A stretch of DNA of 64,000 nucleotides from Dimorphilus gyrociliatus (lineage: Eukaryota; Animalia; Annelida): positions 124,001 through 188,000 of the forward strand of contig CAJFCJ010000003.1 in the NCBI GenBank assembly GCA_904063045.1. The letters are read 5' to 3'. Made by a program: the position numbers and the translations under genes. A model generated the notes under the pieces. The model did no database searches. It saw nothing but the letters and a program-made list of their open reading frames with translations, and had not been told where the DNA came from. Position 1 is the first letter of the stretch, and every line of letters starts with the position of its first letter. Below, one piece after another: positions 50,766-63,953 of the stretch.

Positions 50766-51429
50766 TTAATCTTCGAAGAGCATTTCGCCAAATTCTTTAC
50801 TCTTTCTTATCTTCAATCGGTGACGTCTTGAACAGTTGGACGACGATATTGAATTAGTTGATGAAGAATAGCCGCTATACGTTGAACTTCTTGAAAGATG
50901 CTTCTCTTCGCTTATTTCCGATAATTTAGCTTTATCGACCTTTGGTATGTAACCTATCCTTCTCGTTCTTTCTATTAATTGAGATTTTTTAGTCAACTCT
51001 CCTAATTTACATTCGAATTCGTCTACTTCCTCTTCCAGTTTAATTGATTCGTTTTCCAGCTTTATCCTCTTCTCTTCTTCAATCTCTAATTGAGCATTTA
51101 TCCGATCGATAGTTGCGGTATCGTTTACAAGTTTTGATTTTTTATCATCGTGGGTTCGGATCAAGAGATTCTCCAGCTGATATAATTTTTCATCTTTATC
51201 CTTTACGTGCTCCAATATAGCTATCAAGTCAGAATTCGTAGTTTGAAGATGTTCTTTAATAGCAGTATCAAGTTTTTTTGTACCAATTGATTTCTCCTTT
51301 TCTCCAATAAGGTTTAAAATCTCTGTTTTCTCCTTTACTAATCTGGCTTTTTCTCTGATAACAGTTTTCATAAAATTCAAGAGATGGCGCAAATTTTCGC
51401 TAAAAGCTCCTAAAGATAGAGAAAGGAAA

Positions 51430-51467
<38 letters not shown>

Positions 51468-52497
51468 TCATACATTAATTAAATGCTGTTCAAGGTGAAT
51501 TAAAACAAGATGCTTCTAACTTACCATCCATTTCGGCTATCTGACCTCTATTTATTTTTACATAATCTCTTATCTGATCTGTTAATTGCTTGACCTTGGA
51601 TTCGATTTTATCGTTTGATTGAATCTTTTCTTTCAATCGCTGTTTATATTCTTCTAATTGCCTTTGCCATACGCTTTTGGCTACTTGCATTCGTAAACAG
51701 AGGAGATCCTTCATTTCTTCGAGAATATTCTCTTTCGAATCGGTTAATCTTTTACTTTTTCCTAGTTCATTCTGAACCAATTCGTAAGCTTCTTCCTTTA
51801 TGTAAGTCTCAACGGACAGGCAGCCTTTCTCAAATTCAACTTCTATCATCAATTCGTCGCTAAGCGTTGGTGAAATTGAACGAATTAAAAGACAAAAATT
51901 TTCAAACACTTCGACCTTGTTGGATTGCTGTAATAACTCGAGCAATTTAATTATCTTTGTTGTAGGCGTAGATTCATTCTGTTAAATACATCAGTTAAAT
52001 TGGCATTTAGAGAAAATTATAAATCAGCAGACAGTAGGTGCTACCATCTATCGGTTGATTAAGAAAAGATCAAGTTCATTCAACCAAACTGTTGCTTTTA
52101 CGTACAGTACGCTTATTTGCATAAAATAGTGGGAAAAGTAAGAGGGGAGAAGATAGAAGGGATGATGAGAGTAGAAGAGAGAGATGGAGGACAAGAAAGT
52201 ATTAAGTAATTAACGCGTAAATCCAATAACAAGAGAAGCGTTACAAAGAAAAAAGACTTGTACAAATTATCCCGTAGTCATAAAGAAGCAGAAGAAGAAG
52301 AAGAAGAATAGAGAAAGCGTACTAGAAGATCACTCTTAAGGATTATCTCTATTCCGGATTACCTGAATTTGATCTAGTTGACTGTTGCTGATTAGATTAC
52401 TGGATTTGATGATTTTTGAGAGTGAACTATCCCAGTTTAAATTTTTGATAATTGACGATCTCTTCCTCCTCAGAACCTTTTTTTCGTACTCGTTCAT
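50766..52497 (-). CDS. Uncharacterised coiled-coil protein, about 410 aa, with Ser-rich/basic C-terminal tail
   Basis: Exons 52497-52363 (ATG; donor CAG|GTAATC), 51978-51525 (donor G|GTAAGT) and 51409-50766 join in frame (1233 nt). E/K/L-rich heptads throughout. No family motif recognised. Confidence 0.8.
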
Positions 52498-55215
52498 TGT
52501 ATATGTCAAACATTATGCAGATTGTTGACGACTTACCATAGGAACGAGCTGAATAATTCAGTAAATTTCTCATCACTTAAAAACAGGAGAAGATAGGGGC
52601 AAAGGGGGTGGGATAAGATGGGCGGGTGATCAATAAACGTATATCGGAGCTATTTGATGTCTAGCACCACCAACGTTGAATCATCAAGAAAGAAAGCAAG
52701 CAAGTAAATAAATAAACAAAAGAACAAACAGACAAACAAGTAAACGATTATTAATTCTAATGAAAGAAGGTGGTAATTCATTTTTGAGTCAATTTTCTTG
52801 AACAGTTAATAATCTATTGAATTATGGGCAGTTGTTGTTTATTCAATAATTTTTTATAAGGAGAATAATTGACAATTGCCAATAGATTTTAGTTGAAAAG
52901 TATTAATGGCATCTTTAAAAGATAGAATAGAAGAAAACTAAGGGAAAATTTAACAAAGACTCTTTAAATAATTGAAAATTCAACCTTTTTCTTTCAATTT
53001 CTCTTCTAATGTTGTACAACAGCTAATCCACAGGGATAATTTTATTAATTAACTCTACAGAATAATAGATTTTTTTTACTTATACCAAACCAACACATAA
53101 CAATACACACATACACACATCCTCTTCAAAAAAGAGAAAGAGAAATTTCCCATTGCTATATATGGCTCAAAGATTTTCTCTTCTTTCTTATTTACACTGA
53201 GTCATTTTTATAGTAGACAATTTGATAAAAATAGTCAATTAGGATTAATTTATGTAAATTTAAGACTTGACATTGAATTGCACCAAAACTACAAATGAAG
53301 CCTTTCGAGCATTTTTCTTTTTTTTTTTTATTTAAAACCTACTACTGAAGCGAAAACGGCAGCAGCAAAGAAAAAAATTGCTACAGTTACTTTTTCCCTT
53401 TGATTTCTTTGAATTTCTATATGAAATTTTCTATTTAAAACGAAAAAAAAAGAAAGTTGTCTAATTTCAATTACCAGACCTTATTCCCGTGAAAGAAATA
53501 CCTCTCTCTTTTCGCATTTACGCATATTTTCTGATAAGCAAATGTAAAAGAAAATATCAAATTTTTGATAGAAAAACGAGGGGAGAGAGAGAGAGAGAGA
53601 GGAAAAGGGGAAAGTTATAAAAATAGCATTTACTTCGTATTTAAACTCTACCTTTTTATTCTAATTAAATGAAATATTTATTTAGTTACGGTAATAAAAG
53701 TAGCGAAAACAAAAATATATCTTTAACCATATACAGCATATTATATAAATATATATATTAATATATGCAATCCTATACAAATGTATACTTTTTATAGTGA
53801 AAGGTATATATCAAACATCTTATTATTTTAATTAATTGAATTTAAATACACGAAAAAGAGAAGAGGAACGAAAGAAGCAAAAGGAAAAGGTGTAGATAAA
53901 GGAGAAATTGGCTAAAAAGTAATACGAGTAATATGGTGATTTTTTGTTGCAATTAAATAATAAAAGGTTTTAAAAGTACTCGAATATTGACGAATATAAT
54001 AACGTTTTCCATTTAATAATATTGAGCCTTGTAAGACGCCATCTATGCATCTATGACTCGTTAAATATAGTAAACTGAAGGGTATTCTAACCTTGACAGG
54101 TTGAATATTTGCATGTTTATTACAAAAGATACAGTAACAACTGTGTCAGTACTAATGGCAAAGGGAGCGAGAGTGATGGTCATAAGTGTTGCTTTTAAGA
54201 GAATAGTTCTATAGTACAGTATAAACGATACGTAGAAAGCATACATACATTAGTAGACTGTATTTGTGCATGTGTATAACTATACATGAGCACGTGTATG
54301 CTAATCGTTATATCTCACATTTAAGCTTTTATTGCTATTACTTCAAGTAAATTTTAACAGAAATAGGTTATCTTTAGGGTTAAAAGTTCAAAGGATAAAG
54401 TTTACTATCTAATTCCAGGAGGAAATCATTCAACCGTAAGTTTGTGTTCTGGAGAAACGATCTAAAGTTCCTTCACTCATTTCTTCCAATCAATTCAAAC
54501 GTATTTTTATTTTTGTTATTCTTGTTTGTTTGTGTGTATGATTACACATGTATGGTTTTACTATAATTATCTTCCTTTTTTATTCTATCGTCGTCTCTCT
54601 CCCCGTTCTCCCTACGTACTTTTTTTCATACAGAGAAGAAGAAGAAGCGAGTGCAAAGAAACAGAGAGCTAAGCTGTTGAGAGGATAATAATACATTTTT
54701 AATTTGAATAGCTATTTTTAAATTGAAATTATGAGAAAGTATCTTATCTAGATTGTAATACTCCAAAACTCATATCTACAAACCCGCATAACTACATACA
54801 TACAGGCAGAGACAGTTTACTTTATATAGATTATTCTTTAAATGAATTTTAACTAACAAGCGCGTTTAGTACATTGATAACCTATACTTTCTATGGACGT
54901 TTGTCAGAGAGCATATTGCAGAGCTAATTGACTATTTTCACAACCAAATGACAAACGCCCTAGAAGCGCCTTTAGCAGAACTTGTTTTTTTTTACTTCTT
55001 TTTTCTTTTAAATCCTATTTGCCTATCGACAACCAAACACTAAAGTTTTTTGTAAAACGTCTACGGATACTTTGTTCAGGCGCTCCTTTCCTCAATCTTA
55101 ATCTTGCGTAACGTCTCTCTTTGTCCGTCCTGTCTCATCATCTTCTAATATACAAACATATGCGTATATATTAGTATTGTTTATCTATATGTCTATACAT
55201 CAATCTGTCTATATA

Positions 55216-56876
55216 TAGTGGACGACAGGTATGTTGGAACACCTCAAATTTTTATAGGCCAAATATTAAAAATCTTTTTCGTGATGAAAAAAGATTATTT
55301 GTTTTATTTTTTTAGTGTTTAATAATAGGTTAAACTTGCAATTTTATATAAATTTCTTTAAAACAGCAGTTAGCTATGTTTTTACATATTTTTTTTTTAT
55401 AGAAATTACCATAGTTTTCTGATATTTTTTTCTTATTTGGCCATGCGACATGTTTATTGGAACAATGTTCAATAGTTAAATTTTTGGTCTACTTTTGTAT
55501 GTGCCCACCCTCTCTTTCTATACATTTGCTTATTCTACGGCCCATTCCCCCATATAAGCCTGGCAACAAGAGTGGATTTCTGTTGATAACCTTGTAGGAG
55601 CATTTCTTAATCTTTTCCCACAGTTCATCCTCTGTCTTGAACTGTGGACCATCATAGACCATTGTCTTGGTCAGATGCCACATGTTCTCTATTGGACTCA
55701 GATCAGGGCTCCTTGCTGGCCAATCTATTAGTTTGATGTCATTGCTTTTAAAGGCCCTTTTCATTTTTCTTACAGTGTGACAGCCAGCATTGTCTTGCTG
55801 GAAGATGTACTGCCTGCCCATTTTTGCCTCAATTTCTTCTATGACAGGCAGAACATCTTCCACAATGAAGGAGCTATAGTTTTCAGCATTCAGCTTGCTC
55901 CTTATCCTCCAGACTTCAAATATGCCGTCAGAGGTTATCAACCCCCACACCAATACTCCACCTCTCCCCATATTTTTTGTGACCCTGAAGTCCTTTTTGC
56001 TGTTACTGGTCCAAGTCCTAAAATCGTCAGGTCCACTTAGCGAAAACCTAGACTCATCAGTAAAAATAACCCTAGACCAGTCTAGATTTTCGCTAATAAC
56101 TTTGAGGCAGTACGCTTTTCTGCATTTACAGTCTTTGGAGGTGAGATCAGTTCTTTGTCTGACTCTTTTATATTTGAAATTTTGTCTTTTCAGCTCCCTC
56201 TGTATTGTTCTTATGCTTACATCTACTTCTAATTCTTTTAATATCTTTGCTGCTGTCACTCTTTGCTTGTTATCTTTCAGTTTCTTTACAATTCTTTTCA
56301 TCCTCGCTATCTCTCTGTCGGAAAGCTTCTTCTGACCTCCCCTATTGTCTTGTTCTGGCTTCTTATACTTTAGTATGTTGCTAATTGATGATGGTGCCAT
56401 TCCTAAAACTCTTGCTGTTGCCCTTAATTTGCCTATTTCACTATATTTCTTGATTACCAAATCCCTTATATCTTGACTCCAAACCATAATTAAAAAAATA
56501 CAATATAAATTATGTACAGTAATTTTTAATATTCAACAACTAATTAACTTAACTTAAAACAGGAAAAAAGTTGAAAAATTTTTTGTTTGAGACGTCTATT
56601 TGAATGTCAAACTGGATGTCAACTCAATGTTCCAATAAACATGTCGCGCGGCCAAATAAAGAAAACCCTTATGAAAATTATTAAAAATTTTTGCTAATAA
56701 TCTTCACAAAATATTATCATTTTCTTAAATTTTTTTCAATATTATGTCAATTTAACTCTTTTTCTATATAAATTTAGACAAAAAATACTAATTTGCAGAG
56801 GACAAACAATTTTAACCGTTAATTAAAAATTGGCCTATCAAAATTTACGGTGTCCATATAAACATGTCGTCCACTT
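55216..56876 (-). mobile_element. Tc1-family DNA transposon (about 1661 bp) with imperfect IR/DR ends, DD34E
   Basis: Outer inverted arms of about 55 bp (AGTGGACGACA.. / ..TGTCGTCCACT, roughly 75-80% identical) and a perfect 20-bp inner inverted repeat (55445-55464 / 56628-56647). TA-flanked. It encloses an intact transposase ORF. Confidence 0.9.
55489..56487 (-). CDS. Tc1-like transposase, 332 aa, intact ORF
   Basis: HTH N-terminus, FTDES...FQQDNAGCH...WPARSPDLSPIENMW with 34 residues between the second D and the E. Confidence 0.96.
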   Translation of the reverse strand: MVWSQDIRDLVIKKYSEIGKLRATARVLGMAPSSISNILKYKKPEQDNRGGQKKLSDREIARMKRIVKKLKDNKQRVTAAKILKELEVDVSIRTIQRELKRQNFKYKRVRQRTDLTSKDCKCRKAYCLKVISENLDWSRVIFTDESRFSLSGPDDFRTWTSNSKKDFRVTKNMGRGGVLVWGLITSDGIFEVWRIRSKLNAENYSSFIVEDVLPVIEEIEAKMGRQYIFQQDNAGCHTVRKMKRAFKSNDIKLIDWPARSPDLSPIENMWHLTKTMVYDGPQFKTEDELWEKIKKCSYKVINRNPLLLPGLYGGMGRRISKCIEREGGHIQK

Positions 56877-59270
56877 TATACAGTATATACTGTATAAATG
56901 TCAAGGTGTTTCAGGGAAACGGCGAGGCTTTTTCCTTCTCTTTTCTCTATTACATCTGATAAAGTTTCTCCCTAATCTACAAAGAATTAGATTGAATAGC
57001 GTAAAATATAGAATACATAATAAACTGTAAAAGATACTTAAACAAGTATATATTTAGTTTATAAAGCGTATAGTCTTTTTTGTTATAATTTTACGATTTG
57101 ACGAATATTATTAAGCATTCACCGTAAGCATACTAAATCAGATTATTTACGGTTATTTAAAACATGCACCAATCAGTCTTGGCTTTTCTTTTTTTTCTCT
57201 ATATTCTACGAAAAACGAAAGATTAGGAGCAAGCATTATTCTTATTCTCTCTCTCTCTCTCTCTCTCTCTCCTAGTTTTCTTCGAGCAAATTTACAAAAA
57301 TATCAAGAGCAGTAGGACTTGTTAAGGCAGGAAAACTAGGAGAGAGAGAGAGAAGGAGACGACGAATAGACGAAAAGGCAAAAAAAAAGAAAAAAGAAAA
57401 GATAAAAACCTTACGACCCAATTTCTATCATTTAACATAAAATCATCCGTTTAGGCCTAACGTTTAAATCAAAGAAATTCAGGCTAGATAATAGCCTATA
57501 ATCTCTAATGAATTAATTGATTAAAAAAAGGCATGTGGAGAATAGGCAAGTTGAGTTATTTTTCGTAAATTTATAGTAACATACTCCTTTTATGTTATTT
57601 GATTTGAGCTATTTTTTCTTCGTTTCTTCTGGATTCTTTTCCAAGAAAGAAAGATTATTATGAAATATCTTTAATTGTCTTATTTTTTCCAGGGGCAATG
57701 CAGTCTATTTATAAAGATAACACTAATAACTGATAAAAGTATTTGGTTATTGAGTAGAATAAAGAGACTAATACTCTATATTATTACATTTCTAGCCTTT
57801 GTGCAGGTGCAGATAATATGAAGGCTATAAGTGGGAGATTAACAGACGGAAGGGTTCGAATCAGGACGGAAAGCGATGCATTGCAAGTCGTAACAGCTCT
57901 GAACTTTCCTACTTAGAATTAAGCCTATAACTGAGAATTTGTTTCCGAGATAAGAGCCATTGTATTAGTTGAAATTATTGTTATTTGTTACGTGAACTAC
58001 GCCACCTGTTACTAAGAATATTATTTTTGAACTAGGCCTAATCTTTGTACCCTTCTCTTCCCCGACCCTACTCTCTCCTCCTTCTCATCCTTCTCACTGT
58101 GCTTCGTTTTTGCTGTCAAATTAACCGCGTTCAAGCATTTTCGTTCTCTTTTCCAGGACCTGTCCCTATTGAAATTTCCCAATAAACTTTCTCCTATAGG
58201 CTTTTCTTATGCCAATTTTTTTCTGAAGCGAGAAGAGAGGAAGAAGAAGGAGAAGAAGACGACGAAGAAGAAGACGAAGAAGAAGAAGAAAGAAAGATAA
58301 GTATGGGTATTATATATATAGGAGAAAAATTGGAATATTCATTAGATTTTTATAGATAATCCTAGTAAAGTACCTCCTTTCGGCTGTTAAGTCTATCATT
58401 TATTTGTTGCAATGTTATTGAAGACGTTTCAACTATTGTATTTGGATTTTCGTTAATAAAGAATATTCCTCTTCTAGATGGTACCAAAATCTTATAAATT
58501 AGGCGCAGTAAGCAAGGTCGCTTAGTGTAATTTTAGTACAAAATATATCGTAGGTACACGGGTTCATTCGAGGAATGCTCATTCTAAAACATTCCATATT
58601 TTTCTTCTTTTCGTATAAATGCACATTCAATTACTAAACAGCATCAATCAGAAAACATGGGTTTCTTTTTCTCTGTCCTCTCTTTTTTATGCTTTTTTTT
58701 TACTATTATCATTATTACAAGCACCATTACCGTCGTTGTCGCAATCGTAACCATCACCATCATCTTCCTCATTATCGTCATCAACTTTTTCTTGTAATTT
58801 AGTTTGCGTACTAGAAAATTTTTCAAAGCAAAGAAAGAAAAGAGCGGGTGTGTGGGTGGGTAGGTGGGTGAGTGGGTAGATGGTTGAGTGAACGAATAAA
58901 TGAATAAAACGAATGAACGAACGAACGAATGAATGAACGAATCAGTAGAAGAGAGAAAGGATGAAAAAGTAAAATGATAGAGTGGATGTGGAGATATAGA
59001 TAAAGTATAAAGAAAGGGAAAAAAGAAGGCTGTAAATTGCAGGAAAGGATAAACAAGAATACATGGAAATTGTAAAGCTTTTCATTTACGGATCATGTCT
59101 AAATGATATTCAATTAGATGGGAAAAAAATTGTAGACATCTTTGAGATGAGAATTTAGCGAAAATTACGTCAATTTCGCTTATCTACCAAATAAAAAAAA
59201 AGAATTGGCTAAATTCTGAAGTAGATAATGCTGTACATACTATAATATATACATTGTATACATATATACA

Positions 59271-59271
<1 letters not shown>

Positions 59272-59306
<35 letters not shown>
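59272..59306. repeat. (TA)n microsatellite preceded by a TACAGTA heptamer
   Basis: Direct reading. Confidence 0.95.
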
Positions 59307-59311
<5 letters not shown>

Positions 59312-61513
59312 TGACTTATTTCATCGTTTTCCTTATGGGAATGCTTATGTTTATTAGAAAAATATCATCACCGATTAAAAACAATTTTCCCTTTGATATG
59401 AATAAAAAGCATCTTTATCGGTGATGAACGTCCGCGAAACGCATACGGTATATCAAAGATATAGGCATACATACGAATACATAATACATAAGTATGCAAT
59501 AATATTTAAAAATAACAATAATATTAATATCAATAGTTAAAGCGCCATCTACTTGCATGATATTGACAATAATATTTTCCACGCCCTTCACATATTTATC
59601 TGAGATAACTAAAGTATAAATCAACTGCAGTCTTCATACCAAAACAACTTTCAATTGAGATAAGTGGGAAAAAGGCGTTTGGGTCGGTTTTGTTTACGCT
59701 AATTAAAGCGCAACAGGTGAAGAACGAACGCTCAACAACCTACTTGACATTCGGTTGAAAATCTAATTTGGCCTAGTCGTTCGACTGAAACCGACCTTAT
59801 TGTTTGTCAAAAGTTTCGCTACCATCTTTTTTACACTTTGCGGCTTGTTTGCCTATAAACTAACTGCTACTATAGCAGCGACCTTTTTCCTTCAATTATT
59901 TTTGGCATTTTGGCGTCGATTGCTGAACCGCGCGAAATATGACAAACTCGACAAGCGTAAGCGCATTACTACTTTTTCCCTAAGCGCATTTTCAGACCGC
60001 CGATCGTCTTATGTAATAGAATTTTTCTCAACCGAACGAAATGATACCAACAATAAACTTCAATAAAAAAAAGACCTCATGCAAATGTCCAACTGCAATT
60101 AATTTACATATGAATAGGTTTGGTTCGCTAAGTCGTATCGATCTGCCCCCTGCCGGAAGCGATCGATATGATTATAGAGTTTCTAAGCGTATAGTTTTTT
60201 TTCTGATTGAAAACGGAGCTCCGTCATCGATTTCTAGGATATCGATACAGTAAATATATGCAAAGTTAATATTCATAAGGCAAAACTAAAATGAATAATT
60301 CATTATGTAGTTGAAATGATCTGATTGGACATTTAAAAACTGATCGATAACGGATATCGAATATGGTTTATTGAAAAATTGATACATTTACGTTACATTT
60401 TATTCTTTCTAGGCCTCACACAAACCTACCGACGCGCAGTGTTAGATTCATCGCAACTCAGCTTTATCGTTAACCTTCCTATTACGACACATTATTCCAG
60501 TCTATAAGATAATGCATTATTTATCGAAGTAGCACTGAAACACAGCCAAATGATTTTCTATTACACGAGCAATGGAGAATAAGAGTTTTCTTCAATCAAA
60601 GGTTAGTATTATATAACCACAGAGCAAAGTACATACATTAATTGATTAATTTTCTTTTTTCTCTTTCTTTTGCTTTTTTTTTTATACAGTAAAAAGGTTG
60701 CGTTTTCCCAACTAACGATTAGCTAGGTAGTGAGCCAAAAAGGGATTAGTATACTTAAGAGTAAAAGAAGAAGTAGAACAAGCAACCCAATGATAGATAG
60801 AACTGAAAAGGAGAGTTGTAGAAGAGAGAGATAGACAGACTGAGAGAAATGATAGAAGAAGAAGAAGAAGATAGACGTAAAAATACAAGTATGAACACAA
60901 ACATGAATGACGTGAGGGCATAAACACATGTAAATCTATTTGTATATTACATCATATATTGTAGACATATATGGATGTATAGTATAGAAAACGTTATATA
61001 TACTGTATATACTGTGTATGTATATAATAGAAAGAAAGGGAGAGAGTGAGAGTGAGAGAGAGAGAGAGAGAGAGAAAAAGAAAGAAAGACAAGCAGACAG
61101 AGAGACAGAGGAAAGAAGAAATATAAAAACCTATAAAAGGTTCATAGTTATTACCAGAAAATAATAACGCGTATAGGACTTTTTACTTATTTTTTAGATA
61201 AAAAGTTTATAGGAAAATGTTTGTTGTCAACTTTTCGTTGTCTGCATAATATTTCATAGTATGCTATAGTATAGTATAGTACAATATAGTATATTATAGT
61301 ATAATATAGTATTGCATGGTACGATATAGTGAGTTTTATCGAGATTATAATAGTGTGTATAGTGTAGATAGCCCAGCTATTTAATGATTTATTATCAATA
61401 AAATAATAATAATATATGTAACATTAAAGGAATAGAAAATACAAGAAAGATTTTCAATATATGAGAAATATATTGCTGTTAGATAATGTTTATAAATGTA
61501 CATTGTATAGAGG

Positions 61514-61550
<37 letters not shown>

Positions 61551-63885
61551 TTAATACCGTATTACTACAAGTTCTACAGCAATATGCGAGATTCTTGTTT
61601 CGTTTCTTTCTCTTTCTTCGCTTATACTCGCTTTATAAGATATGATAAGAACGAGATAAAAACGAAAATCCATTGGGTAAATACACTGATAGGGAAAAAA
61701 CTATGCTAATGCAGATACGGAGAATTTTTATTGAGCATACACTATATGTTAAAATTAACAATTGTTTATGTCATTTTTGGATGAGTAGGAGGCGAAGGAG
61801 AAGTAAAACAGTAAGTAATAAATATGATTTAGTCTAGTCTCAAAACTTATTACGGAATGAGAGTCCTTATGTTTCTTTTTCTTCTTTTTATCCCTTTCTT
61901 TTCTTACAAATGTGCAAATATTTACAAATTGTTGCCTCACGATTCCACAGTTTCAATAAAAGTCTATTACTATCCTTCTTTTCCTCCTAACGTCTTTTCC
62001 TTAGCCTTTCGTGTCTCCTCTCTTCTCTTTCTATCACTCTATCTACTTTTCCGCCTGTTTCGTCATAGGGAAAAAATTTGTTCTTTGACCTTATGCATTT
62101 GTTTCACTTTTCCAATTTTCTTTTACATTTTCCTCCTTCTCTTTTGTAGCTTCCAAATAAAATAAACAAACAAAAACAATTTCCCTACTCTCGTTCCGTT
62201 GCGCATACGTTCTCGTTAATTACCTTTCACCTGTGGTTATTAATTGAGATGCTGTATGGAAATTTGAAGACATGTGCCTCCTTATTGATCATTGTTGTTT
62301 TCTGAATTGATTAACACTTATTTTCTTATAAAATGGTCAATTGTAGTGTTGACAGTGACAATTTAGATTAGGAAATGTAGCATAAAAATGGAAAAACAAT
62401 ACTGTTTCTTGATTGTCTTGTAGTCCAATTAACGATCTTATAGAAACTAATTAGTTTATTGAATTCAAATAATTCGGTTTTTTGTGGAGAACTTCAGAAG
62501 ATAAGACCAAAAGATTAAATGATTGGTTAATACAGTTAAATACAACAACAAAACAAATAGAGGAAAAGAGAGAGGGGAGAGAGAGAGAAAGAGAGGATAA
62601 TGTGAAAAGGGAAAGAGAGAAATGTAAAAGTGAGACAGAGACAGTGAAAGAAAAGTAAAGAGGGAGGGATGGAGGGAGAGAAGGAGGAAGGAAGGGAGAA
62701 AGAAAACTAATTGAAAAAGTTTATTAAGAGACACTGAGTTGTTTTACTTCTTTTCTTTCTTTATTTATTTCTATCGGTAAGACATAAGAGGAGGGAAAGA
62801 ATATAAATAGACAAGGTGTAAAAGCAAACACCGTGGTAATTTATACTTAAAAAACAAAATGAAAAAGGTATAGAAATGAATGGAGGGAAAGTAGGAGAGG
62901 AATGGAGGGGGAGTGGGAGGAGAACTTGTGGGAGGAGAACTAGAGGAAGGAGTTAAAGGAATAAAAAATACACTACAAGAATAAGAAAATACGAATCTTT
63001 CCTATCTGTTCATGTTTTGTGAGTGTTAATGAATTGTTTACGCTTTGATCTATATATTTCATTATGTCAACGAAAAATAAGCATGTAATTAGCTATATAT
63101 TTTATAACGGAAACAAATAATCTATTTAAATTACGTTGAAAAAACAAAAAACACATATGAATAAACTATTTATTAGTAGCTCTATAAATATATATATATA
63201 TATACATATATACATATATATACAGCATAGTATACACCCTATGTTCGTTATGCAACATGTTCATACTCTTCGCTTGTCACTTGGATCGAAAGATAGATTG
63301 AAACATTGAATCAAGTATCAAAGTCAGCTAAGGTTAAAAAATATTAATAACTATAACATTTATACTAATAAAATACATATAAAAAGTCTAGTTTACTCTC
63401 CTCTTCTTCTTATTGTACCATTTTTTTTTATGTAAAATGTACCATTTTTACAAACTCCTATCCTTGCCACGCCTGTTTGTCTCGCATATTTTTCTAGTAC
63501 GTATCCTTTTCTGTTATTGATTGCCTATAGGTTTTTTTGTAGATTTTGCAAGCTGATGGAAAATTCTTGTTACAAACTGAAAAAGAAACCTTGTAGAAAA
63601 CACTACGTTAAATAGGTCGTTTATTTAAAGAGTCAGCGTTAAAGCAAACCACTGTGGCATTTGCATATTATTTGTCACCGTCTGATTGCTCGTTTTATCT
63701 ATACCGTTGCAAAAAAAGTACCGTAAATCTGCAAATACCGTTGATGCAAACATTAGTAAAGCGAAAAGAAAAAAGCAGAAGAGGAGAGAGAGAAGGAAAA
63801 GATTTCGGTTCGAATTGTGGGCCTGAGTGTGTGAAATGAAGTGAGTGAGCATGCGCACGTGTAAATGTGTGCATATACGATATAC

Positions 63886-63888
<3 letters not shown>

Positions 63889-63952
<64 letters not shown>

Positions 63953-63953
63953 A
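63889..63953. repeat. (GA)n-(GAAA)n microsatellite
   Basis: Direct reading. Confidence 0.95.

Noticed and set aside
57853-57862. tRNA B-box-like GGTTCGAATC (also GGTTCGAATT near 63806)
   Set aside because: No A-box at the proper distance and no acceptor, D or anticodon stems could be folded; not callable as a tRNA or SINE.
58688-62303. Possible two-exon minus-strand mini-gene: MSSNFHTASQLITTGE (about 62274-62224) joined in phase to an acidic segment TQTKLQEKVDDDNEEDDGDGYDCDND...KKKA* (about 58811-58688)
   Set aside because: Phase compatibility has a one-in-three chance, and the acidic part is degenerate GAT/GAC trinucleotide sequence of a kind common in this genome's non-coding DNA; no independent support.
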